A stretch of DNA of 61,101 bases, filler included, from Circinaria calcarea (Eukaryota): assembly GCA_051942165.1 (NCBI GenBank). It is 9 parts of 9 records of this genome, joined end to end, with 100 filler letters (N's around TTAATTAATTAA, not from the genome) between each part and the next. Parts side by side here need not be neighbours in the genome. Positions count along the whole stretch, not along the records: positions 1 to 6,719 come from JAVECS010001510.1; positions 6,820 to 13,530 come from JAVECS010001511.1; 7 more parts are not named here. One strand, written 5' to 3'. The notes under the pieces were generated by a model. The model worked only from the letters and a program-made list of their open reading frames with translations. It did no database searches and had not been told where the DNA came from. A program made the translations under genes and the position numbers. Of the stretch, positions 1 through 12,371 are shown in pieces. The number at the start of each line of letters is the position of its first letter. The stretch's first letter is position 1.

Positions 1-561
1 CGCCGCCCGTTTGCCCGTTCCCCATTCTCCCCCACTAAATAAAACCGGAAAGAAAAGAGAGAAAAAAAAGGTAGATTTAGGGGAAACGGTAACATCTATT
101 CGGACGAAAAAACACAAGGGGGGGGGGGGGAAACGGTTAAACGGGTTACAGGGTCGGGAAAACGTCAGAAGAGCGGAGGAGGAGGGAGAAAAAAGAGGAA
201 AGAAAAAAAAGCGATTTGTGGGAAACCCGAATGAATCAATACGATTAAAATTATTTCTCTCGAGCTTCTCTAGGATAACTCCTCGATTTTTGTTTATAGA
301 AATTTTAAAAAAAGGGATGGGGTTACTGGTGAAAGCCGAGTACCGAGCTCGGATAAACATATCCCTAGTAAGGGGCCCTAACTTATGCACGCCGTGCCTC
401 CAAGTTTCCTTTTTTTATTCAAGATGAATTGGTAAACGACCAAAAAGGCTAAAACGCCCTGTGATCCCTGTCATGAAGCCCTGTCACTGCATGCTTTACT
501 GCATCCACACCCTTCCTCACCTATAAACACATCCATCGACAAAAACAGAACAGAAACCCCA

Positions 562-2391
562 TTAAGCAGCAACCATCGGCCCCCTCTCCCTCCTCCCTTG
601 ATTGAAGAATCGGCTCAACCTCTTCCGGAGGCCTAGTTTCTTCTCGGCGGGTTTGGAAATCTCCAGGACTGTAACCGCAGATTCTTTCTGTCTTTGTTCC
701 AGATCTGGCCTGACCACTTCCACCTTCGGCTCCGATATCGGTTCCTCCATGACAATCTCAAACTTCTCAATGTCCACACTGCGGGTGCTTATAGACGCAT
801 TTTGGCTATGGCTGTGCATGTGCCGGGGAGGAGGGAGTTGAGAATTGCGAGGACTTTGAGGAGGACTGATAGCACCAAGTCTCATCTTTTCATCTACCAA
901 CATCTGTAATTCGCGCTGACGTCTATTGATGGCCGAATCCGTCCTTCGAAGACCGTCAGTGTCGATCCGCGTACCCGGTATTTGAGAGGAGCGAGCATCG
1001 TTTTTCGTTCCCGGCATATTGGACGATCTACCTGGGCGCATGAGTTGTGAAATGTGCATTGGCTGGGGTTGCTTTTCCTTGTATTGATCTAGTCCCGGTA
1101 AGGGAGGAAGAGAGCGGTTAAGATCTAGTCCACTAGGAGTAGAAGGCTGATCTTCTTCTTCCGGTTTGACGCTTCGGAAAGAGTTCCAGCTTCCCTTTCG
1201 ACGGAGAGCACTGCCGGCTCGCCACCAACTCCCACCTCTGTTCGTGCAGCCATTACGGCTGCTGGAGCGGGAGGCGCCGCCTTCGGAGCGCGTGGATCTC
1301 ATGCTGTCCGAGCTTGCACGTGGACGAATGTACTCTCTGATGCTGGTTGTGATACTGCCTGCTCTGCTCTGCGGGCGTTCTATAGGTTCCGACTGAAGTT
1401 GATGCAAGGATTGTTGACTAGGTGCACGATAGAGATGGTTGGACGTAAACGAATTCCCGCGACGTCGGGCGAGTTCTTGTGCCATCCATGCTTTTGCTTG
1501 CGCATCGGCAATCGAAGCGGCTTGGTTGTCACGGAGGACTTGCTCGGAAACGCGCTGGTTGCACGAGGATGCACTTTTTCGATCAGCCGGGGTAAGGGCG
1601 AGGGAAGTGAGGCCGGTCGAGGGGTGTCGGTCGGCAAAGGTGGTATTTGTACGAGTGGTAGATGTGCTCGTACCGGTGGACGGACCAGTGTAGTCAATAC
1701 AGGCAGCAGCAGAGGTTTTTGGTCGAGTGTCGAGTGTCAGTCGGATCTTTGTGAGTGGATCATCTGACGGTGGTTGCCGAGGGCGACTATGACCTGACGT
1801 AGCGGTATGTGTTGGCTCCAAAGGTTCGAACGTGGTGAGCTTGTTGCTGTGAATTTCCCTCTTCGAGCTCGCCTTATAGGCCGCAGCCGGATTGAGAGGT
1901 ACGCGTTTATGTGACGGGAGTTCTGCATTCGGAGCTTCACGTTGACTTCTCCGAACATAGAGCGAGCTGTCTGGCTCTGGTCTCTGACCGTGGCCTTTAC
2001 CCGAGTCCTTCTGGGCGCTCCGTTCCTCAATGTACTTTTGTAACCTTTCATGATGATTCAATAAGTCGGTATATTCCGACCCTGAGGGAGCCGATTCCTG
2101 TGCAATCTTTGCGCACGAGAGTCGTAGATCCGATTCTTGACGAGACGATAGGCGAGGACGCTCGATTATAAACGACACTGGACTGAAGGGTGGAGAGTCA
2201 AGTGGTTGATGAAGCTCCTCCGACTTTGGGCTGGATGATGCCACCTTCTGGTTGATTGTTAGCACTGAGGAGAATTGCACAATGAGCTGCAATGGCCTGA
2301 GAAGTGCTCTTGGATGTCATGATCGCAATGCCAAAGCTACTCGAGCTCTACTTACAATCGGGGCAAGCTTAAAGGAGAATTTCCGCTTCAT
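562..2391 (-). CDS. Hypothetical fungal protein, Ser/Arg/Pro-rich and probably disordered; 2 exons (2391-2356, 2247-562)
   Basis: 576-aa ORF. A short first exon MKRKFSFKLAPI ends at a GTAAGT donor (2355); a GCTAAC branch site and CAG acceptor (2250-2248) join it in frame to KVASSSPK. Confidence 0.75.
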
Positions 2392-5300
2392 CTTGACCAA
2401 CGACGACGATGCAAGAAACCCGATCAAACCGCACTGGACTCTATGACCGGTCCTGTGAGTAGTGTTGGTAGAGGATGGAAGTATTAAGCCACGATCTGAT
2501 GGGTGAGAGCGTGACAGCAGCACGGGCAGTCCAAAGGTAAAAGGGCACGGTGTTGATCCAGGTGGAACAGAGAAAAACGCCTCGGGGCTGGGCTTTTGGT
2601 GTTGGGAGCCAGTCGGTGATTTTCCTACACACCCAACGACTTTCCACTTCTGGCAGCAGCTTCCACCGAGTCAAGACTCCAATCAATGGCTGATCTGGTG
2701 CGAATCCTTCGACGGACGGCGGCGCGAATACGGAAACCTCCAACGACAGTATATAGGTCTCGAGTGAAAGGAGAGGTGGTGGCGCGAGACCAACGAAGAA
2801 ATGTAGGTACGCAGCACTGCACATAAACCCGTTCTACTTGCAGTCGGCGTCGGCCTCTCGATGCCACCAATCGACTGACCGGGTCCTCCACGTCTCCAAA
2901 GGAAAAGGCGGCATGGGCATGGGCGTGGGCATGGCTTATGCTGGTAAGCGTCTTTCTCTTGAATCTCAAGCCCATGATCATCTCCGTCCGTTTGTCCCCG
3001 TTCAAAGCGCATCCTATCAGTCGAGCAGGGGTTGGTCACATGCACACCTACACTTGTGGTCCCCTCCCGGCCTTCATGAGGTCTTCGATCGCCCACCACC
3101 TCCACCTGCACCACTCTCCCATACATAAACTACCACACTACCACACCATCACTATCCCGACTACGTTCCATTCCCATAAAGACTTCCCCACCCTCCACCT
3201 CCGAGTTCCATGACAAGTCGATCTGTTGCGAAAAAAAGCAAAAACCCTCCGGTTCACGGAGAGTCGCGAAAGAAAAGGCGCTACCCCTTTCCCTTTCTTT
3301 CCATTTGCGCCCGCCCGCGTTCCAGACCGGCGCAGATTGGCCGTCTAAGACTTCATCAACTACAGTAGGTAAGGTACACCCTCCAAGCGCAAGGAACGAA
3401 CTACCGACTCGTCCCATTTACCCCAGACGCTCCTCTCCTCCCTTGAAGATCCCAGATTTACTTTTGGCCCCTGCATCCCGGTCCACGAAAGCAAAGCATT
3501 GACGACGTTTTCCTTCCGCTGGACCCTCCTGCATCTCTCGGCCCCCTTCCCCTTCGCCAATCAGCAGTCCTGTTGCCCGTCTAATCCTAGATCGCCTTTT
3601 CCCGACTGCACAGAATATGCTTCGGTGGCTGTGGGGGAGAGACTGAGGAAAGAAAGTAGTACCGACTCTATCGCACATCACCGACTGGGGCCTCGAAGTC
3701 AATCACAGTGGCGGCCCCTGCGCCGAGGGGAAGATGGGGTAAATTGGACGGGCGTTGATCTTACCCAAGCAATTTGCTTAATGACTCGCCCGGCCCGAAC
3801 AGTTCACCGGCGATTTGGTTCCGTCACCCTGATTGGCTCTCCTTCTCAACACCCTCAATTTCCCAGTCACAAAGTGGAAGTTTTCAGCGGTGTCTGCTCT
3901 GCAAAATGTATGGCTTTAGAATTCTGCGAATTTCTTGCCGTACCTGCCGTACCTACCGTGAAATGCGGGCTAGCCGTTGGACTTTGCCCTAACGTCGCGT
4001 GGGAGATTACTTGCTGCCAGTTGGACGCTGTGCATGACGCGAGCGTGCTTCTTCGATGCATACTGGTAGTCGCACTACTTTCTTTCGATGCAGATCTTAT
4101 GGGGTGGGTGATAAATCGTGGACGCTAAGCTAGTCGTCGGTACCACGGTCGGTCTTCCGTATCAGATGGCGCATACAATACTGCTGGAATCTTACTTTCA
4201 AGCCTGTACCTTTGAATAGCACAAATGAAAAGACAGGATCGGGGCCGCCACCATGTCTGCTTCGATGGTCTACTTCCTGCTGTTGTCTTGAAGGCCTGCA
4301 GTATTGGAATGGAGGGAGCTTGCTCTGTACAGATAAGCCATCCCAACGTCTCGTACATAAACCGGGTCTGTATGTATCGGATGGTGAAGCCTAGATGCGT
4401 TGGGGGAATTACGCATTCACGAAGAAGCGCTTCGACCTTTTGCTATGATTGTCTCGCTTCTACTGTCCATTCATCTTTCGCAGGCTGTTCAACTGCCTTG
4501 TCCCTGAAGGAAAGAAGTCATGCACCATGCAGTCTGAATTTTTTGCTTGCTGGCCCTGCACGCTGCCGTAGCTAGGCTAGCCGTGGCGGCTGGCATCTGT
4601 TTATTTCCACAGCCACTGGTTGGCTCATCTGGATTAGCCGCAGGAAAGACCGTTCCTTTTGCCGTTCGCTTTTGGGATTTGGCATGTTCCCGACCGAAAT
4701 TCCCAAAGACACGTAAACTATTCAAAGAGAGATTCTCCAGTGTGAATCTGTCATTCAGTGGAGAGAATCAGTGAAGTGCTTGGACATCAGGTCAAAGGTT
4801 CGGATTCATTGATAGACCAGACTGATGCATCTCCAGGCATACAGCTTTTTATGATAAAGACGTTTCTCTTATCCAAAGCCACTGCTCCATAATCTGGTTC
4901 ATGCGGAGGATTATCCCGGGGGTTTAATGATCTATCAGTACCCGTTACAGCCTGATCCAAGCCGTTTCTACGATAACCCCATCTCCGGTTCTCGAACCAC
5001 TGCCACAATCTTTCTTGGCAGTGTTGCTGACCTTGTAAAGAGTATCTGTGCGCCGCATGCGAATAGCAGTGAAGCACATCCCCATCCAGAACTGCTCTAC
5101 AAATTCGGTGTATGGCAAGTTTTTGGGAAGTCCTGCTAGTATTCACTCTTTATTGGTTGGCAGACGGCTTGTTACGTAGGGAATGATCAGCGAATATACC
5201 TGCTCGGCAATCTGACGACGGTTTAGGTCCAAACAGATACCGTTTGAAGTTTGATCTCACCATGCCCGACGGCTGTTCCTAAACAATTGGCTCAGCCGCC

Positions 5301-6064
5301 AGAACTTTGATATAAACTTTGTAATACCAGCCAAGGTGGAGGTGATAGAAGGTAGACTTGAAGGAGTATATAGATTTAGATTGCAGTGACATTTACCTAA
5401 CCTTCGTGGGAGAATGAAGCTACTTACTCCCCAACTCTTCTCGCCTACATCTCTCGACGGAGGATAACGAACATGTCACGGTATTGGATTAGATTAAGGT
5501 GCATCTTGCACGATGAACAGTGGTAAAGCGTCAGCCTCGAAGACGCTCTATTAGCACCCATCAACATGGTCGGGAAGTATTTCAAAAGGTCGAAACCGGG
5601 GCTATGTGTATTCTAGGTGGATGGAATAAGGCACGAACGACATGGAATAGAGAAATTCAGCTGCTATGCACCCTTTTCCGAGGAATATCACCATCCCTCG
5701 GTATTTGGTCGATGGCGAATTCTGCAGGTAATGAAAATTCTCAATGCACGTGATTACGAGAAGCGGATCTCGGAGCTATCAGCGGTCAATCATTTGGACG
5801 AGGTGGAATTTTCAACCCCGCCTAACGTCTTCCTATCTTCTCATCCACCGTCTTCAAATTCTACAGATATTGCCATTGCCATTGCACTCTCAAACCCAAG
5901 TCTCTGCCTTTGCAGACCATCAAGCGTGTCACTATCACAGGGTATCGATACAATCGAGGACTCGGAGGGAGAGAGTAATCCTAGCCAGCTTATCGGTGGA
6001 ATGCTGGGATCTGCTCCTTCCAACAATCTTCAATCACTGCCGTGCTGAGAGCACCGTTGCGCGC

Positions 6065-6293
6065 ATGCGTGTATCTCCCAGTCTCTATACTTCTCAGGTA
6101 CGTCGGAATAGTCTTCTTGGACGCCTCGGACAATTGTCCCGCCCTTGTGCTACACGCTGGAGATATTGGGCTAAGCTGATTCTTCCGCCAATAGGATTAT
6201 ATTTCTGGTAAACTCTTCTCACGTTATGTGGGTGACGCTCTGCAACTCACGCCTGCCTACGCAGATCATTTGTGGAAAGCTTCAATAATTTGA
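6065..6293 (+). promoter_or_regulatory. AAP: Arginine attenuator peptide uORF (MRVSPSLYTSQDYISDHLWKASII, 24 aa), 3 exons: 6065-6097, 6195-6207, 6265-6293
   Basis: Splicing GTACGT..TAG and GTAAAC..CAG gives the TSQDYISDHLWK motif of fungal AAPs (N. crassa FTSQDYLSDHLWR, yeast YTCQDYISDHIWK); it ends 63 nt before the CPA1 ATG. Confidence 0.95.
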
Positions 6294-6356
6294 GGACCCC
6301 CACTTTCTAAAAAGAAAAGACATACACAACACATATTTCCGACTTTACGACAAAAC

Positions 6357-6719
6357 ATGCTGTCACGTCTGTTGAGACAGGCTCCCTCCGGGCCATTGAG
6401 CGGTATCAAACGTTTCTCGAACCCCGTCTCTCAAGTCCGATTTCTGGCAACAGTAGAGGGAAACACTCCTCGCCAGATGCACGCGCCCAAGGCCCGGCCG
6501 ACACCAATATCACATGATAGAGCAACATTCACCATCAGGGTATGGCAGGATTTGTGTTGGACATTGTTGTATAGGTAGCTAACTTATGGGTGTAGGATGG
6601 CCCTATCTTCAGTGGAAAGTCATTCGGAGCAAAGTCCAATGTCTCGGGAGAAGCCGTTTTCACAACCTCTCTTGTTGGCTACCCCGAGTCCATGACAGAC
6701 CCTTCCTACAGAGGGTGAG
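6357..6719 (+). CDS. CPA1: Arginine-specific carbamoyl-phosphate synthase small subunit, 5' part (cut by contig end)
   Basis: Mitochondrial-type presequence, RATFTIR, intron 6540-6595, then [40 protein letters not shown], the typical CPSase small-chain N-terminus. Confidence 0.95.
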
Positions 6720-6819
6720 NNNNNNNNNNNNNNNNNNNNNNNNNNNNNNNNNNNNNNNNNNNNTTAATTAATTAANNNNNNNNNNNNNNNNNNNNNNNNN
6801 NNNNNNNNNNNNNNNNNNN
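6720..6819. other. Artificial contig linker
   Basis: 44 N + TTAATTAATTAA (stops in all six frames) + 44 N. Confidence 0.98.
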
Positions 6820-7672
6820 CCCTCCCCCTACCCTTTCACTTCCCACTCTCTAACTTTCCACTTATACACCCCACCTCACCACCACGATCCAAAGCCCGCC
6901 AGTTCCATGCTCCCTTCAACTCCCACTCCACAGGGGCCGCAACAAGGGGCCCGCTTTTTCACAGAAATAAAAAAGAACAAAAGGGAATAAGAATAGGAAT
7001 ACCTAGGAGGGAACGAGAGGGCGAGATTTCGAAGAATAAAGAGGTGGGGGGGCATCCGCGTATAGGGAATCCCATGAGGTAGACCGTTAATTCTGATTTG
7101 ATATAATATATTAATTAGCACGCCTGTCTCAAGGCTAGGGTAGCTGGACTGTAGAGCAATTTGCGTTTAAATGCAGGTAATAATAAACGAGTTAGGGTTT
7201 TATGGATTGGTAGATATAAACGTCGGTAGGATCTCCACCTCGTTAGATTATTATAAACTTCGTCCATTGTATTTTTGTCGGGAGCTGCTGTTCCAGTTGC
7301 ATCCCTCCACCTCACAGCCCCCTTTCATCCTGTTTGTTGGTAGACGTGTTTAGCCAATCTTGTTAGAAAGTCGCAAAGGGTAATTCCGATATAATTTCGA
7401 TTAACAACGCTTGGATCGTCCACTCTTTTAAATAATAAGGTAATATAGGTCCTCAAGAGCAAAACAAACAGCTATTTATATAAAGAAAGTAGATTGAAAT
7501 TTCCAGAAATTCTATTATTATAATGCCCTTGGTATCTTTCTGAGGAGTTTATTTCGTAATGTTATAATAATATTTTGGGGCTTTGGCTGCTGCGTCATCG
7601 AGATATTTAATTATGCGTGATCGTCGAATGAAAAGTAGCCTTTTTCGAGTACGCGCCAGAACGGAGCCTAAA

Positions 7673-8519
7673 TGTTGTGTGGTCAAGGTTCCTTGCGTTT
7701 TCCTATGCTAAAACTACTATCTTTTATATACATTACCCCCCCGGACCTCAGTCCCTCCGTGGAAGTCGCGGGGGGACCCCGTGATAAGTCCCCCCCCCCC
7801 TGTTTTTTAAAAAGGGGCGATGTCCTCAGCGGTCAACGGGTTCGTCGTTGAATACCATTTTGTTGCCGTGGAACCCTGGGACTGTCAACCATTGATTGGC
7901 GAAACCTATTGCCCACCACTCGACATCCTTGCCATCTCATCCGCTGATGTCGACACCGTTCTTGTCCAGTACCGCTTGTCCGGTCTTTCCGCTCATAACC
8001 TCTCTTCTGGCTTCCACCATCCGAGTATACAAGGCTCTATTCCTCTCGATCTTGGCCTGACCTTTCCTCATGCTATTCTAGGTAAGGGGAAAACCGTTCA
8101 AGAGAAAGGCTAAAGGGAGTTGAGTATAGTTAAAAGAGAGTTTCAAAAAGGAGCGTCTGAAAAACAAAAGCAATGGCTCAGCCGCTCTGTCACGAAAAAG
8201 GGCGATGGGTAATAGAAGAGAAGGTGGAAAATTCCAGGATTAAAATAGGCAATAGATGGTGGGGCCACCCCTGGTGAGTTGAAATAGTGGCTTGTGCTTT
8301 GGCGCCGACTGTTGTTTTATAATGGTGCGCTTGATTATGGTGCGCGATAACGGGGCTTTACCGCCTGGTTTCCACGGGCATTTTGGTGTGGAAAAAGAAA
8401 ATGGTTGGATGAAATGCTATTATTGTTGTGTGGTCAAGGTTCCTTGCATTCCCCTATGCTAAAATTATTATCTTTTATATATATAACCCCCCCGGATCTC
8501 GCGGGGGGACCACTTGACA
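7673..8519 (-). mobile_element. Small non-autonomous LTR retroelement (TRIM-like), 847 bp
   Basis: Direct repeats at 7673-7786 and 8424-8519; outer ends TGT..ACA; identical 5-bp flanks CTAAA (7668-7672, 8520-8524); minus-strand polypurine tract (C-run ~7790-7800) next to the left LTR; no gag/pol ORF. Confidence 0.85.
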
Positions 8520-9259
8520 CTAAATTCCTAATATCTATTAATGAAAATTTCAGTTAGCAGGTAACAAAAGACTAACCTGATCCTATATAATTAAATACCG
8601 TTTTAGGCCAATTATTGTTGCGGGTACCTAAAATGAATGAATCAGTATCTTCTATATGATTAAAGGCACCTGAGAGCTGTCTAACCTTGTATAGAAGTAC
8701 GGAAATAGTTTATGCAGCTAATCCATTGCCCGAGTCCAGTGTGGGATTAGTAGTAGGCGATGGCAATATAAAGAGCGTCTATATCGTTACATGTCCAATT
8801 TGGAATGGTCGCCTTGGTTAAGGCCCACTCTGGGGCCCAGCCTCGACGAGCAGGCTGTGAGCGATTTATTGCAATGTGAGCAAGATTTGCTGACTCCGCA
8901 AAATTGGTTCCGTCTTCGCCAGATTTAACCATGCAGCTGATTAACTTAGTTCCCAGCGTTGGTGTAATATGACGAAGGTATATTATAATATCGAATTGAA
9001 AAAGAAACACCAAGTGACGCCTAACCGGCATAGCTGGATATCGATGTACGAGAAAGATACCTCATATATACTGTAAGGGCGCTGCAATCCTTGGGGCCTA
9101 TTGAGGAATATGATAAGTCCCGATTGGTAATAGCACGGTTACATAGGGTGTAGTTGAACTGTTGCCCTAGGCTCAATATAAAAGGAGTATATTGAACTCG
9201 TTATGGTTCTTTAAGCATACTATTCTAAAGAGCGGGAATAGCCTGCTATATATATTTCC

Positions 9260-9342
9260 GTGCTCATCCTGCTCACCTCCATGAGCACACTGAGCAACCC
9301 TTTGTGCTCACCTTGCTCACCTCCATGAGCATACTGAGCAAC
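9260..9342. repeat. Tandem duplication (period 44) of an internally palindromic unit made of TGCTCA/TGAGCA motifs
   Basis: gtgctcatcctgctcacctccatgagcacactgagcaac (9260-9298) and gtgctcaccttgctcacctccatgagcatactgagcaac (9304-9342). Confidence 0.85.
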
Positions 9343-10337
9343 TGGTGTCTGGTTGTTCCGTCCCGGGGTTAGTCCTTTCCTGGCTTAGTACATGTCATGG
9401 TGCTGGCGCCATAACATATACTACCCTTGATAATATGATTATGTAGAGAAATATTCAATTTTCTGTTAAAGCAAAAAGGAAAGATATAGCGACTTTATAC
9501 ACAGATTTCTTCCGAGCGCCCGCCCACCCACAAGCACTATACCACCCTTCCAACACTCTTCTCCAAATTTCCCTCCTCCTTTTACGGCAGCTGAACTGTC
9601 TAATAGAAATGCAGAGTATTTTTCCATATTACATGGGGATTAGCGAATAGCAAAGTCTACCTCGCCGCTGCCTTCCCCGAGGGGCGAGGGGAGGGGCAAA
9701 GGGAATAGGAATAGGAATAGGAATAGGAATACCTAGCACGGACAGGAAAGGGCGAGGTTTAAGGAAAAGAGGCTGATATTCTAAACTCCAAAACTCGAGT
9801 CCAAACATAAGGATTTGGAAGCTTTGAAACAGGAGATGGTATGGACGGTTGGGTAAACGATGAAAATATGCTATTTGGAGGGGAGGAGGGAGTCCCGCTT
9901 GGTTAAGATAAAAGTGAGAGTGAGATGATTTAGTATGGATACAATGTAATCAATCCATGGGAAAAACAAAGGGAGGGGGATGCGGGTGTGATGTTTCTTC
10001 TTTTTCTCAGTTCATCTTGTTCGAAGTTTTGGAAATAGCAATCAATCTTGTTTTCTATCTCACCAAGGCTTCGTGAAGCTCAATTCACATGCTGCCCTCC
10101 AACCGTTCCCCATCATGTCTTCGAGAACTTGTACACGGACACGAAAACTACCTTCGCCGTACCCCCCGGGGTCCCATGTCTATATGCTATGCTGCTGACG
10201 GCAGACTTTACCTTTGCTTTTTGCAAGTGCTGTGTAAAATCCTTCTATAGTTCTAGATGCAAGACATGGACTCTAATAAAACTCTACATCTATGGAAACC
10301 TTCCATTTTGTCTTTGACACAACGGAATCGGGACGAG

Positions 10338-11829
10338 CTATTTGCTCATAGCGGCCTCGCTGGCAGTCAAACTTCCCACAACAGCAAATACATAGAGCGG
10401 ACATAGAGCGTAAGCAAGCTGTTATATGTAGTTAGTGCTGTATCTAGCTAATTCCGGCCCTCGCGAAATAGATGCTTGCAAATAAGATGATAGATCACTT
10501 ACAGTCAAAAACTTGGCGATACTCATCTTCTCCCCCTCATTACTCCCGTTAACGTCGGCCAACGCCGTCAATTTCATAGCCGGCGGACCAGTAGGCATCA
10601 GCATCATTGTAAACCAAAGTATCGGGTCCTGGGAAAGAATATTCGTTTTCGACACGAGGCCGTAGATGATGGCAATCGAAACCACCGGCCATAGAATAAA
10701 CCTGATCACAAGCACAAACAGTGTAGGCTTCCAAGGTACACTTCCGCTCTCCTCGCCCTTTTTCATTTTGCGGAGCGAACTGCTTAACTTGACACCGACG
10801 ACGACGACTTGTAACGCTGCGAAGAGTTCACCGATATTCTTGATGGAACTGGTAAGCCAGGCTTTAAAGATACCGCCTTCTTGCTGTGGATTAAAGAATG
10901 CTTTATGTAGGGGAGGGGTAAGACCAATCAGAGCACCAATTAAGGCTCCGATAAGAGGAGCGTTGAGAAATGCGTAGAGGAAATCTAGGACCGAGCGAAG
11001 CCAAGGAGGGAAGCGATCCCAGTAATGTTTCCCACTGGCATATGATTTATGGCCCGCTTGATTGGATTTTCGGACTACAGAGTCGGGCAAGAGCGAGGTC
11101 TCTTCGTCTATAAAGACAGTTTCTTCAGGCGGTTGACCGTTGCCTTGCTCGACGTCTGACCCGTGGTGTTCTGCATTGCCGTCCTCTTGCCCGTTCTCTT
11201 GAGGCTTATTCTTGTCATTGTCTTCCCCTTCATCTGGCGATTCTTCCCCATCCAGTAGTTTCGGGCCCAGGGCGAACGTTAAACTGTTCCCGACCATCGA
11301 GCAGACAAGGAAATAGGACTGCGCGCGTTTGAGGGCGTCAGATTCATTGTCAGAATCGGACATGAGGAGTTTGCCAAGGATACCCGTCGTAGCGAGCGAT
11401 TGAATGAGGAGAAGGGGAAGGGAGGTCGTATTGTTGAAGGATAGAGCTGCCGTGGCCCAGGAGGGAAACTTGAAGAGACGTGTGGCAACGAAACCGAGGA
11501 GCATCGAGAAGAGGGTATAGAACAAGGACCATACTAGAATTTGTCGACAAATTAGCAACTGATCTGACACATTTGAACAGGGCATCCACCCCCGAGGACG
11601 TACCCAGAACCGGGACATATCTACTGGCCGTGTCAAGATGTAGCTCACTCCCAACGTTAGTAATCAACAGTGCAGGCAGGAACAGGCGAACGCATAGTTT
11701 GCTAATATCCTTTGCACTGGATCCTTTGAGAAGGTCGAACTGCGCAGCGATCACGCCGTAGCCAATTGTCAGGAGAACGGATAGAGAGGCTTGAAGAGCC
11801 CCGAGGAAGGATGTCGTGATGGATGACAT
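10338..11829 (-). CDS. Auxin efflux carrier (AEC/Mem_trans) family transporter; exons 11829-11604, 11533-10503, 10418-10338
   Basis: ISKLCVRLFLPALL, FNNTTSLPLLLIQSL, FLNAPLIGA and MLMPTGPPAMKL motifs; two hydrophobic halves around an acidic loop; canonical GT-AG introns. Confidence 0.9.
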
Positions 11830-12371
11830 TTTGGCTATTAGATCTGTGTGATACCGAAAATTGGCTGGTTGCTCCTTCGTAGCGATCCTCGTGCTCCTAT
11901 CAACTGGCCATCCTCCCAAGTTCGCGCATTAGTATTAGGGTTTTCTGGCGCCACTAGCCCTATTGAGGGATGGGATGGCAGCAGCGAACGTGGCACAGAT
12001 CCCCGATCCGTTCCGTGTGTGCATTTCTCACAGTAATTCAGCCTTAATACTCTATTATAACGTGTTATTGGAATCAGTAAAAACCAAAGCTCTAGAAGTG
12101 AATCCCATTAGACTCGTAGTACGTTCAATTTCATCTCATGACTTCGTTAATTCGTAATACTAAGAAGAAGAAAAGATAATCCAATCTAAAATGCTATCGC
12201 CCAAGAAGCAGCCGTGCCCTCGTTCCTTGTTTCCATCCATGTCGTAGTATGCTCCACGATGGTCATACATCAGTATCTCATTATCCAGTCATACAAGCCC
12301 TCAAATCCATAATGCCGTCTCTCCATCCTCGGTCCCTCACATTAACCTTCCCCGACCACCGGCTATAAAGT

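Noticed and set aside
11..427. 138-aa Lys/Gly-rich ORF
   Set aside because: Arises from low-complexity purine runs at a contig end; no ATG start or family signal.
2400..6060. Many short overlapping ORFs in the long divergent intergenic region
   Set aside because: No motifs or coherent splice models; consistent with promoter/UTR sequence.
6764..6775. Recurrent TTAATTAATTAA as a biological repeat or CRISPR-like array
   Set aside because: Always centred in N-runs; an assembly linker.
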